Below are positions 26,211 through 32,759 of a stretch of 36,638 nucleotides of DNA, piece after piece. The translations under genes were made by a program, and so were the position numbers. Source of the stretch: Octopus bimaculoides (taxonomy: Eukaryota); NCBI RefSeq assembly GCF_001194135.2, contig NC_069006.1:2195716-2232353 (forward strand), written 5' to 3'. Numbering within the stretch: position 1 is the stretch's first letter; every line of letters starts with the position of its first letter. Below the pieces are notes generated by a model, which was not told the origin of the DNA, did not search any database, and saw only the letters and a list, made by a program, of their open reading frames with translations.

Positions 26211-27417
26211 ATCACAGCCTCAGAATTTTATTACTGTCGTATAGTCTAAGATGGTTGAGAAGTTGTGATGTTGATGTTTTTTCCTGAAGCCTGTATAACG
26301 CTACATTGTCATAATTCTCTTTTGAATGGCGTTTTCTGATTAGAGTTATCTCCCTTGACCTATGCCGCTGCAATATTCTCGGCTGACCTACGATCAAACA
26401 CGTTCAGGCATAGTGTATCTAGGACTAAATCCTTAAGAGGTTGCCTTTGCCTTTCATGTTTTTTTTTAATTTTTGGTTAGTGGTGGGTAGGTGTCAGTGA
26501 GATGAGTACCAGCTGAGCACTGGGGTCGATGTATTTGACTTGTCCCCCTCCCACAAAATACCAGCCCTTGTGCCTTTGACAGTACCAATATTGTTATTAT
26601 TATAATTATTATTATTATTATTATTATTGAGCAAAGCTGCAGGCTGGCATGCAGGACGAAAGGCTGAGCAGTATTTCGCCTGTTGCTACGTTCTGAGTTC
26701 AAATTCCACCGAGGTCGACTTTGCCTTTCATCCTTTCGGGGTCGATAAATTAAGTACCAGAGAAACACTGGTATCAGTGTATTTGACTTGTCCCCTTCCC
26801 CCAAATTTCAGACCTTGTTCCTTTAGTAGAAAGGATTATTATTATTATTATTATTATCATTATTATTATTGAGTGAGAGAGCAGCACTTTCCATCAAAGT
26901 GACACTGGGGTACAAATATACAAAGTCCAGTATACCCGTCATCACTACCCGTGTGATAAAGATACACCAGGCACATGCATCACAGCCTTACATGTGCAAC
27001 GTAGTGATCTCATATCAAGATAAACAGCGCATGACCTCACAGGCAGGGCTCAGTTAGAATTTTTTTCTGTTTGCATTGCCCATCTTGTTCAAAAGGTCCT
27101 CAAATAAGGGTTGTCGAATGAAACACCTATGCTTCCAAGTGTGAATTATTCAAACCCCAAAGAATTCCTCTCAACACATGGCTATGATGCTCCCCCACTA
27201 CTTCTGCTCGTGATCAGAGATGCACATATCATCAGCCACCAAGGGACATGCTCAATTGGTTAAGGTCAAACAACTGACCAGCAAATCTGTGGTATTGAGC
27301 AGAATATTTGCTGTAATCCATCTTTTTATACCAAGCCAAAACAATGTACATGATAACACTTCCAATCAGTTAAGATCAGAAGCCATGAGAGCCACTGCCT
27401 GGTACTGCATCAGGGCA

Positions 27418-27485
<68 letters not shown>

Positions 27486-30400
27486 TGAGTTGGCAGAATT
27501 CAGTTGTTAGTCTTGGTGTTTTATATTCTAGGTTCAAACCTTGTGGAGGGCAAATTTACCTTTCGTCCTTCTCAAGCCAATGTAATCAACCATCTCTTTG
27601 CTCTGAATTCCTGGACTTGTGCCTATGTAAGGAATCATTAAGAAATTATCCTTGTAAGCCTCCATAGCTCAGCGGTTAGAGTACTGGATTTTAAACCAGG
27701 AGTTGTGAGTTCAGTTTTCACTGAGGGCTATCATAGTTTTTTTTTTTTAGATGCGGGCATGGTAGTGTGGTTAAGAAGGTTCCTTCCCAACCATGTGGTT
27801 TCAGGTTCAGTCTCACTTCACAGCATTTCAGGCTGGTGTCTTCTACTATAGTTCAGAGCCAACCAGTGTCTTGTGAATAAATTTGGTAGGCAGACAGAAA
27901 CTGTGTGGAAGCTTAGCATAGTCTGTATTTGTTCCCCACCCCCACTGCTGTGTTGGTTTGTTTGCATCCCTATAACCTAGTGGTTCAGCAAGACAAGCTG
28001 ATAGACCAGACTAAAAAAAGCAAATAAATATTGGGGTCAATTTGTTTGAGTAAACCCTTCATAGTGGTGCCCCCAGCATGGCCCCATATTGTTTCAATTC
28101 CTGTCTAGGTTGATTTTTATTACATTTCATCATTCTGTGATCAATAAAATAAGTACCTGTAATATACTGGGGCTCGACAAAATTTACTGTACACTCCCCC
28201 CACTCCACCCCGAAGTGTGTGGCTATGCGTCTTTGAGAAATCATTATTACCATCTCACAGACTGCTGGTTGTTCTCTTTGAAGTGCTTTCATCTAATTTT
28301 CATCTGTTTTACATCTTCACATCTGTTGTGTGTTACACAAGTGGTTTATGTGGTGTATATATGTTGTGCACATTGTACGTATGATGTGCATGTTGCATTC
28401 CTGCTATGTGTTTTTAGCATCTTTTATTATCTGCTTTACATCTGTTGTGTGTGTTTAGCACCAGCTATGTACATTCTACATCTGTTATGCTTGTTTTAAT
28501 TCTGTTGTGTGTGTTTTAAGATCTGGTGTGTATACATTTTACATGTTATGTGTGTCTAGTATCTTTTGTGTGTTTAGGATTTGTTGTGTACATTTTACAT
28601 CTGTTGTGTGCATTCTACGTCTGTTATGTACGTCTAACATTTGTTGTGTGTGTTTAGCATCTGTTTTTGTATGTTTTACTTCTGCACTGGGCGTGTACCA
28701 TCTGTTGCATTTATCTTACATCGGTTGTGTGCATTTAGCATCTGTGGTGTGCATTTCACATCTGTTGTGTATTTTACATCTGTTGTGTATCTTTTGCATA
28801 CTGTCATGTATTTTTAACATTTGTCATGTATATGCTCTTAACATTTTCTGTGTGTTTCACATGTGTGTATATATATATATTTATAATATAAGTCTGTTGC
28901 ACCTATTACATTATATTATATATCAGTTTATATTATGCATCATTCCATATACTGTATATCCGTTGTATATGTTGTACATTTGTTTATCGTTTACACCTGT
29001 TGTATATACTGTGCATGCATTTTCCATGTTATTCATCTATTATGCATGTAGCACAACTATTGTTTTGGTTGTATATCTTTCTAATGCATTGCATAGTGTT
29101 TTGTATGTATTACCTTACGCCTGTTTTTAAATTCATTGTACATCTGTTTGGTATAACATCTGTTGTGTGTAATACATTTGTAAAATACATGTACTGTATT
29201 TTCCGGTATGCAAGTTGACGTAGTGTACAGTGTAAACATGTAGCATAAACATTCAAACATCATCACTATCTTTCCAACTCCTGCTGCATTTCACATGGAG
29301 TTTTTGGCCTTCCAAAGTTGCCTTGGTGAATTGGTCAACCTACTTTTATTTTTGGGTGTAAGTTTTTTGGTCTGAAAAATAAGACTTGCATTTTGGAAAA
29401 CACAGTTGATTTATTGAGTAAATAAATGTGTCTCTGCCTGTTGTATACATTGCACATATGTTGGTTATGTTGGTTATATAAGCACTTGTTAGCCAAAGTC
29501 AGAACTTACAGTTCTTATCCTTGGGTAGAAACTTCAAATTATTTACTTGCTTCTCAAATCTGCAAAAAAAAAAAAAAAATCAGCGTAGAATCCTGCCACA
29601 ATGCATTTTGTCAAGTGGTTGTTGTCGTTTAGCCCCAGGTCAGTCTTAGCCTTGATCTGACAGAATTATGATCAGATGCATTCCAGCCATGACTGTCTCG
29701 TCTTATTTCTGCCGACATAGTGCATGGAAGCCTGGATGTGATTTGAGTGACATTTGTCTGTTATTTCTTGAAGGTCATGTGCTGGGTTCGTGTTTGGTGT
29801 TGGTATTTAGCCCTTAGTCGTCTCTAACCCAACAGACCTTATGATCAAAGGTGTTCCAGCCATAGCCTTCCAATTATTTTATTTCTAGAGACACAGTGTA
29901 CTCAAGATCACACGCTTTGCAGTGTTCTTCTCAGCTACATTATTTGAGGGAATACCACTTGACAGCCCAGTGTTGGTTTGTTTATGTCCCTGTAACATAG
30001 CAGTTCACCAAAAGAGACAAATAGAATAAGTACCAAGCTTAAAAAAAAATAATAAAAAATTAAAAAAATAACTACTGGGGTCAATTTGTTCAGCTAAACC
30101 CTTCAAAACAATGCCCCAGTGTGGTCGCAACCCATTAGACTAAGCCAGAAAGGTAAAAAAATACAAGTTTTCATTAATTTTAATGTTTTTGTTGTTATTT
30201 AACTGAAATAAATTTTCTTCTCTTTTTTTTTTTTTCTGCAGCCGAAACTGTCCAGCATCCAAAACAGACCCCTTCCAGCCCTACCAATTGATAGAAATGG
30301 ACACAGTAAATCTAGTATACAGCGATCGTCGCTGCAGAATTTATCGTCGACGGACGATGGTGATCACACGTCTTCAAGTTGCCACGTTCCTCTCCGAGAG

Positions 30401-30927
30401 TCAGTCCATCCGTATAACCCACGGCGGAGGGAGAGCTCTCCGAAGACTAAGGGCCAGAGGCCGCTGAGCGGAGCAGCATTTGATATAAAAAAAAGCTACA
30501 ACGGTTACAGCCGGGCATTATCATGCGATGCCTCGTACTACGGATACAGATCCAGCGTCCACTGCCCCCAGGCGTCGCCTCTAGTGAAGCAGCAAAGCTT
30601 CCCAGAGACAGAAAGCACATCTCTGCAGCAGTTATATACGTTAGAAGGACATGGCAAACATATTGAGGAACCCTGCTTGCCCGCTAGCTGTCCAAACAAC
30701 AACAGCAGCAGCAGCATCACTGACCACCAACATTGGCGACCAACACTTGACATTGGGAGGCACTTGTCGCCAATGGCACGTCATTCGAGAAAGGAGCCGC
30801 ATGCACCTCAGCTCCCTATTTCCCAGCCTGGACCAACGTCATCTCCACAGTCGTCAAGGTACCAAAATGATAGTCTCTTTCAATACCAGGGTTATTATGA
30901 TAGTTCCATACCGAATTCACCGTCAAG
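312..30927 (+). CDS. SH2D5: Multi-exon PTB-domain adaptor gene, SH2D5-like (5'- and 3'-incomplete in window)
   Basis: Six exons with AG/GT boundaries join in frame: [27 protein letters not shown]|[25 protein letters not shown]|[49 protein letters not shown]|[19 protein letters not shown]... This is a near-complete PTB domain. It matches my recollection of human SH2D5 (YVGSF..., FSLQGLKIYSGEGE, LMAHALRRILYSTW...CQFAFMAR...FCHLF, FQLAY). Orthology not confirmed by search; SH2 domain not seen. Confidence 0.8.
441..1146 (-). mobile_element. tRNA-derived SINE family A, dimeric head, long internal (CA/TA) microsatellite
   Basis: Two tandem head units (about 955-1049 and 1050-1146), central ggcttctttcagt module, tail ending in ggccatgctgg...tttcagt. 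Confidence 0.8.
1442..1920. repeat. (CTA)n microsatellite followed by degenerate (TAG/GTG)n tract
   Basis: Direct reading; similar trinucleotide tracts at 8960-9290 and 33010-33430. Confidence 0.9.
1932..2130 (+). mobile_element. (GAT)n-tailed retroelement 3' fragment, family D
   Basis: gggcacccagctgtaaaaa ... catgccagcatggaa...taaacaat(gat)n. Related pieces at 2573-2790(-), 3183-3500(-), 7244-7330(+), 15185-15470(-), 23070-23180(+), 23395-23500(-), 32050-32110(-). Confidence 0.7.
2270..2478. repeat. AT-rich inverted repeat, MITE-like
   Basis: gttagggtttttaattactccatatattaattaattatgca at left mirrors tgcataattaattaatacatggagtaattaaaaaccctaac at right (about 40 bp, 1 mismatch, weaker extension). 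Confidence 0.65.
2850..3182 (-). mobile_element. Fold-back insertion, probable Penelope-like terminal-repeat remnant
   Basis: Arms 2938-3010 and 3103-3182 are near-perfect reverse complements (one 7 bp indel). The loop holds a decayed hammerhead core on the minus strand. Shares gcaagattcttgatg and aaacacac(gc)act with 6268-6465 and 6700-6830. Confidence 0.55.
4021..4394 (-). mobile_element. SINE family A, full length, diverged
   Basis: Head, (TA)n core and tail modules align with 34827-35237 in reverse. Confidence 0.8.
4556..4630 (+). CDS. SH2D5: SH2D5-like exon, PTB domain (25 aa, phase 0-0)
   Basis: Acceptor ggtttctctttctag|GAT, donor GAG|gtaagt; [25 protein letters not shown] contains the typical PTB 'ISLxGVKV' strands. 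Too short for the ORF track. Confidence 0.9.
5311..5710 (-). mobile_element. SINE family A, full length
   Basis: Reverse complement of the 34827-35237 type; a head-only fragment lies at about 5011-5170. Confidence 0.88.
5818..6156 (+). pseudogene. RTE-clade LINE ORF C-terminal remnant
   Basis: One frame with two internal stops: [80 protein letters not shown]...; RRMRLAGH and GRSRRGR...TYID are typical RTE C-terminal motifs. Confidence 0.8.
6268..6465 (-). mobile_element. Fold-back insertion with 13 bp target-site duplication
   Basis: Arms 6311-6358 and 6400-6447 (48 bp, 1 mismatch); aatgtatatctat at 6255-6267 and 6466-6478 flanks the insert. Confidence 0.7.
6542..6688 (+). CDS. SH2D5: SH2D5-like exon, PTB core (49 aa, phase 0-0)
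   Basis: Acceptor ctgtttgtcattgcag|AGT, donor GAA|gtaagt; [28 protein letters not shown]...FCHAF lies within ORF 6530..6733. Confidence 0.93.
6849..7160 (-). mobile_element. tRNA-derived SINE group B, head 1 + tail 2
   Basis: Reverse complement: head ending ctggcaaaaatgag, then tacctgtatttcaaagggtcagccttgtcacac...gagtgccaacc. Confidence 0.75.
7211..7829 (+). mobile_element. Three tandem units of a TTAA-CCC...GGG MITE (piggyBac-like termini)
   Basis: Starts ttaacccttt, ends aaagggtcaa; unit gattactctgtcaaa...attcacatt...ttatctcatagct repeats three times. Reverse copies at about 30985-31280 and 31675-31832. Confidence 0.6.
7880..8243 (+). mobile_element. SINE family A, dimeric head, 3'-truncated
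   Basis: A-box-like tggctgtgtgg and B-box-like ggttcagtccc occur twice in tandem (about 95 bp period). Confidence 0.85.
10530..11209 (+). mobile_element. SINE family A, diverged, ~310 bp internal microsatellite
   Basis: Head to ggaaactcaaagaagc, (CA)/(TA)/(TG) expansion, tail to gactgaaacaaaaga. Confidence 0.7.
11388..11634 (+). mobile_element. SINE group B, head 1 + tail 1
   Basis: ggaggcgcatggcttagtggttaggg (A box), gtttcaattcc (B box), ctggcaaaaatgagtaacgctgc, ends ctaggctttaaaagggcg. A head-1-only fragment lies at 12767-12868. Confidence 0.85.
11655..12070 (+). mobile_element. SINE family A, full length
   Basis: ggcgcaggagcggctgtgtggtaag...gactgaaacaagtaaaagag; ends about 115 bp upstream of the 12186 exon. 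Confidence 0.88.
12186..12527 (+). CDS. SH2D5: SH2D5-like exon: PTB C-terminal helix, predicted coiled coil, Q/H-rich tract (114 aa, phase 0-0)
   Basis: Long pyrimidine tract ending gccag|GCT; [18 protein letters not shown] is the PTB terminal helix motif; donor TGG|gtaagt at 12528. Confidence 0.92.
13128..13680. mobile_element. ~550 bp interspersed repeat 'E', copy 1, embedded in an (ATT)n/(ATC)n tract
   Basis: Aligns end to end with 26871-27417; starts (att)n-gagtgagagagc and ends gcatccgggca; no TIR or tRNA head seen. Confidence 0.85.
14006..14401 (+). CDS. SH2D5: SH2D5-like exon, S/P-rich linker (phase 0-0; 3' end uncertain, alternatives 14194 and 14254)
   Basis: Acceptor ctcctccattccaacag|GGA; open, CpG-containing frame [13 protein letters not shown]...KQKDGEK; donor AAG|gtacct at 14402 followed by T-rich intron-like sequence. 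In-frame GT donors also at 14195 and 14255. Confidence 0.75.
17490..17586. repeat. (TTC)n/(CTC)n microsatellite
   Basis: Direct reading. Confidence 0.95.
18640..19172 (-). mobile_element. Cluster of three nested/tandem SINE family C fragments
   Basis: Repeated gaatttgaact(c/t)agaac, aaggat(g/a)aaag(g/a)caaagtt and taatcctttcta modules; the youngest copy is flanked by ttcagaacataataat. Confidence 0.75.
19478..19700 (+). pseudogene. Possible highly decayed CR1/L2/Jockey-type LINE RT C-terminal fragment
   Basis: [14 protein letters not shown] ... SHIKDSAAA resembles the 'F...LL.LYKA...CSHIW' region of such RTs; frameshifted and short. Confidence 0.35.
20659..21352 (-). mobile_element. Internally deleted Tc1/mariner (IS630-Tc1-mariner) DNA transposon
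   Basis: TIRs CAGGGTCTTGCAGATAAATTGAGAC / gtctcaatttatctgcaagactcca, with TA on both sides. Minus strand gives decayed transposase C-terminus: [43 protein letters not shown] (SPDLNP motif), [15 protein letters not shown]. Confidence 0.85.
21800..22146 (-). mobile_element. SINE family A, head cut by assembly gap
   Basis: Tail and central modules in reverse; runs into Ns at 22147. Confidence 0.85.
22147..22478. other. Assembly gap (332 N); smaller gaps at 3581-3590, 11339-11372, 16893-16902
   Basis: Runs of N. Confidence 1.
22479..22587. repeat. Perfect 43 bp inverted repeat with 23 nt spacer
   Basis: 22479-22521 is the exact reverse complement of 22545-22587; abuts the N gap 22147-22478. 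Confidence 0.9.
22554..22656 (+). ncRNA. Minimal type I hammerhead ribozyme motif (Penelope-like element type)
   Basis: Stem I TTTTGCGG(22554-61)/CCGCGGAA(22649-56); core CTGAGGA (22562-68); stem II AGCTTTA(22570-76)/TAAAGCT(22629-35); GAAA (22637-40); palindromic stem III ACACGTGT; GUA triplet ending at 22648. Folded by eye only. Confidence 0.65.
23574..23990 (+). mobile_element. SINE family A, full length
   Basis: Head, (TA)n core and tail present. Further partial or diverged copies at 1-135, 8665-8715, 15770-16128, 16130-16290, 27752-28085, 29960-30160, 33840-34066 and 35500-35605. Confidence 0.85.
24540..25660. repeat. (TA)n-derived compound array with tacatttatatatgtata units, interrupted by a SINE
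   Basis: Repeated acatttatatatgtatat units at 25190-25480; pure (TA)n at 24690-24775. Confidence 0.85.
24830..25135 (-). mobile_element. SINE group B, head 2 + tail 1
   Basis: Tail matches 11530-11634 in reverse; head matches 31283-31480 in reverse. Confidence 0.82.
25894..26103 (+). mobile_element. SINE family C
   Basis: ggcgagctggcagaa...gttctgaattcaaattcc...tttcatcctttcggggttgataaattaagtaccag...agaaaagaatatt. Other copies at 26632-26860, 34187-34400, 27482-27640 and partials at 26490-26590, 28115-28225. Confidence 0.8.
26871..27417. mobile_element. Repeat 'E', copy 2, flanked on both sides by (ATT)n
   Basis: Aligns with 13128-13680; sits in the (ATT)n tail of a family-C SINE. Confidence 0.85.
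27658..27729 (+). pseudogene. tRNA-Thr(TGT)-like pseudogene
   Basis: GCCTCCATAGCTCAGCGGTTAGAGTACTGGA-TTTTAAACCAGGAGTTGTGAGTTCAGTTTTCACTGAGGGCT aligns with the animal tRNA-Thr-TGT sequence as I recall it; the anticodon arm has a 1 nt deletion and substitutions, and there are CpG-decay changes. Confidence 0.6.
28300..29180. repeat. Degenerate tandem repeat based on tttacatctgttgtgtg
   Basis: Recurrent acatctgttgt motif at irregular 20-40 bp spacing; explains ORFs 28089..28499 and 28507..29130. Confidence 0.75.
29193..29404. mobile_element. Short MITE with ~25 bp TIRs (Tc1/mariner/pogo-like)
   Basis: ctgtattttccggtatgcaagt vs acttgcattttggaaaacacag; a related single end lies at 14852-14930. 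Confidence 0.5.
30242..30927 (+). CDS. SH2D5: SH2D5-like exon, long disordered S/P/Y-rich region (686 nt, phase 0-2)
   Basis: Acceptor (t)n-ctgcag|CCG; uninterrupted frame [15 protein letters not shown]...IPNSPS, including ORF 30584..30931; donor AG|gtaagt at 30928 with an in-frame TAA immediately after it. Assignment to this gene rests on strand and phase compatibility. Confidence 0.8.
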
Positions 30928-31282
30928 GTAAGTTCCAGTTTGCTTCCGTCACCTTTCAGTATTTAAACTGGTCGTATCCGGCCTAAATGTTTTCTACCTG
31001 TTTTATGCTCAAACTGGCCAGATCCATCTTCTCACACCTACTCCACAATGTTGTTCTATAAACAATCACATTATCGAAATATTCGGCCCCTCACATCTAC
31101 CCTACAAAATCAATATAAAAATAAACAATCACATCATCGAAACCTCAAAGCTACAAGATAATCCAAGATTAATTCGAAACAATGTGAATAAATAAGTTCC
31201 ACGTTTGAAAGAGTAAACCGAATGCCAAAGGATTATACTGGCCATATCCAATCCGATTATTCTACCTGTTATATGTTTAAGC

Positions 31283-31674
31283 TGTGGAGGCGCAATGGCC
31301 CAGTGGTTAGGGCAGCAGACTCGCGGTCATAGGATCGCAGTTTCGATTCCCAGACCGGGCGTTGTGAGTGTTTATTGAGTGAAAACACTTAAAGCTCCAT
31401 GAGGCTCGGGCAGGGGATGGTGGTGAACCCTGCTGTACTCTTCCACCACAACTTTCTCTCAATCTTTCTTCCTGTTTCTGTTGTACCTGTAATTCAAAGG
31501 GGCCAGCCTTGTCACACTGTGTCACACTGAATATCCCCGAGAACTACATTAAGGGTACACGTGTCTGTGGAGTGCTCAGCCACTTGCACGTTAATTTCAC
31601 GAGCAGGCTGTTCCGTTGATCGGATCAACTGGAACCCTCGACGTTGTAAGTGACGGAGTGCCAACAACAACAAC
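31283..31674 (+). mobile_element. SINE group B, head 2 + tail 2, (CAA)n end
   Basis: ggaggcgcaatggcccagtggttaggg...gtttcgattccc; tail matches 6849-7025 in reverse; inserted into a MITE. Confidence 0.85.
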
Positions 31675-32414
31675 ATATCCAACCTCTTGCCTCTACTCTA
31701 CAATGTCGTTATAAAAATAATTAATCACATCATTGAAATCTTGAAGCTACGAGACAATGCATGATTAATTCAAAACTATGTGAATAAATAAGGATTACAT
31801 TTGACAAAGTAATCTGAATGCTGAAGAGTTAATTTAGCCCTTATTTCCTTTTGGTTTTGTCACAAAATTATCAAAATTGGCTGAGAGACCTTGCTGATCT
31901 CCATAAATGGTAACAAGATGGAGTTTTACTGCTGCCATTGTTGTTGTCATTGCTTAGGGTAGTGGTTGGTTAGGGAGCAACCATTAGGGATGCTGTTGTA
32001 AAAATGAAAGCTATATTATTGTTTGTCATCATTGTCGTCGTCATCGTTGTTGTCCTCATCATCATCATCAACATTGATGTTGCACTCTACCTTTTCCATG
32101 CTTGCATAGGTCAGTTGATGATGATGTAGTAGAGCGTAGCAGCTGAGGTGGCAGCAGGATTGTAGTTCATGTGGTAGTGGGGAAATAGCTTGGGCGACAG
32201 TATAATTGCAGTTGATGTAGCAGTAAGATAGTGGTTGGTGCGACAGCAGGGAAACAGTTGTTGTAGTGGTAAGAGAGCAGCTGAGGTGACAGTAGGATAG
32301 CAGTTGATGTAGTAGTAGATTGATTGCTAGGTTGGCAGTTGGAAAGCAGTTGATGTAGCTAGAGGATGGCAGAAAGAACACAGTTGATGTGTGTTGGCAG
32401 CTGGAGTGGCAGCA

Positions 32415-32759
32415 GGTTAGCAGTTGGTGTGGCAGTGGAATAGCAGTTAGTGTTGGAGTGGAATAGCAGTTGGTGTTGCAGTGGAATAGCAGTTGGTGTT
32501 GCAGTGGAATAGCAGCTGGAGTGGCAGTAGGATAGCAGTTGGTGTGGCAATAGGATAGCAGTTGGTGTTGCAGTGGGATAGCAGTTGGTCTTGCAGTGGA
32601 ATAGCAGCTGGAGTGGCAGTAGGATAGCAGATGGTGTGGCAGCAGGATAGCTGTTGGTGTTGCAGTGGGATGGCAGTTGGAGTGACAGTAAGATAGCAGT
32701 TGGTGTGGCAATAGGATAGCAGTTGGTGTTGCAGTGGGATAGCAGTTGGAGTGGCAGCA
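32415..32759. repeat. 23 bp minisatellite (about 15 units; degenerate extension 32140-32885)
   Basis: Unit g(g/a)atagcag(t/c)tgg(t/a)gt(t/g)gca(g/a)t(g/a) repeats head to tail without spacers. Confidence 0.9.

Noticed and set aside
32415-32759. 23 bp repeats as a CRISPR array
   Set aside because: No unique spacers, eukaryotic context, no cas genes.
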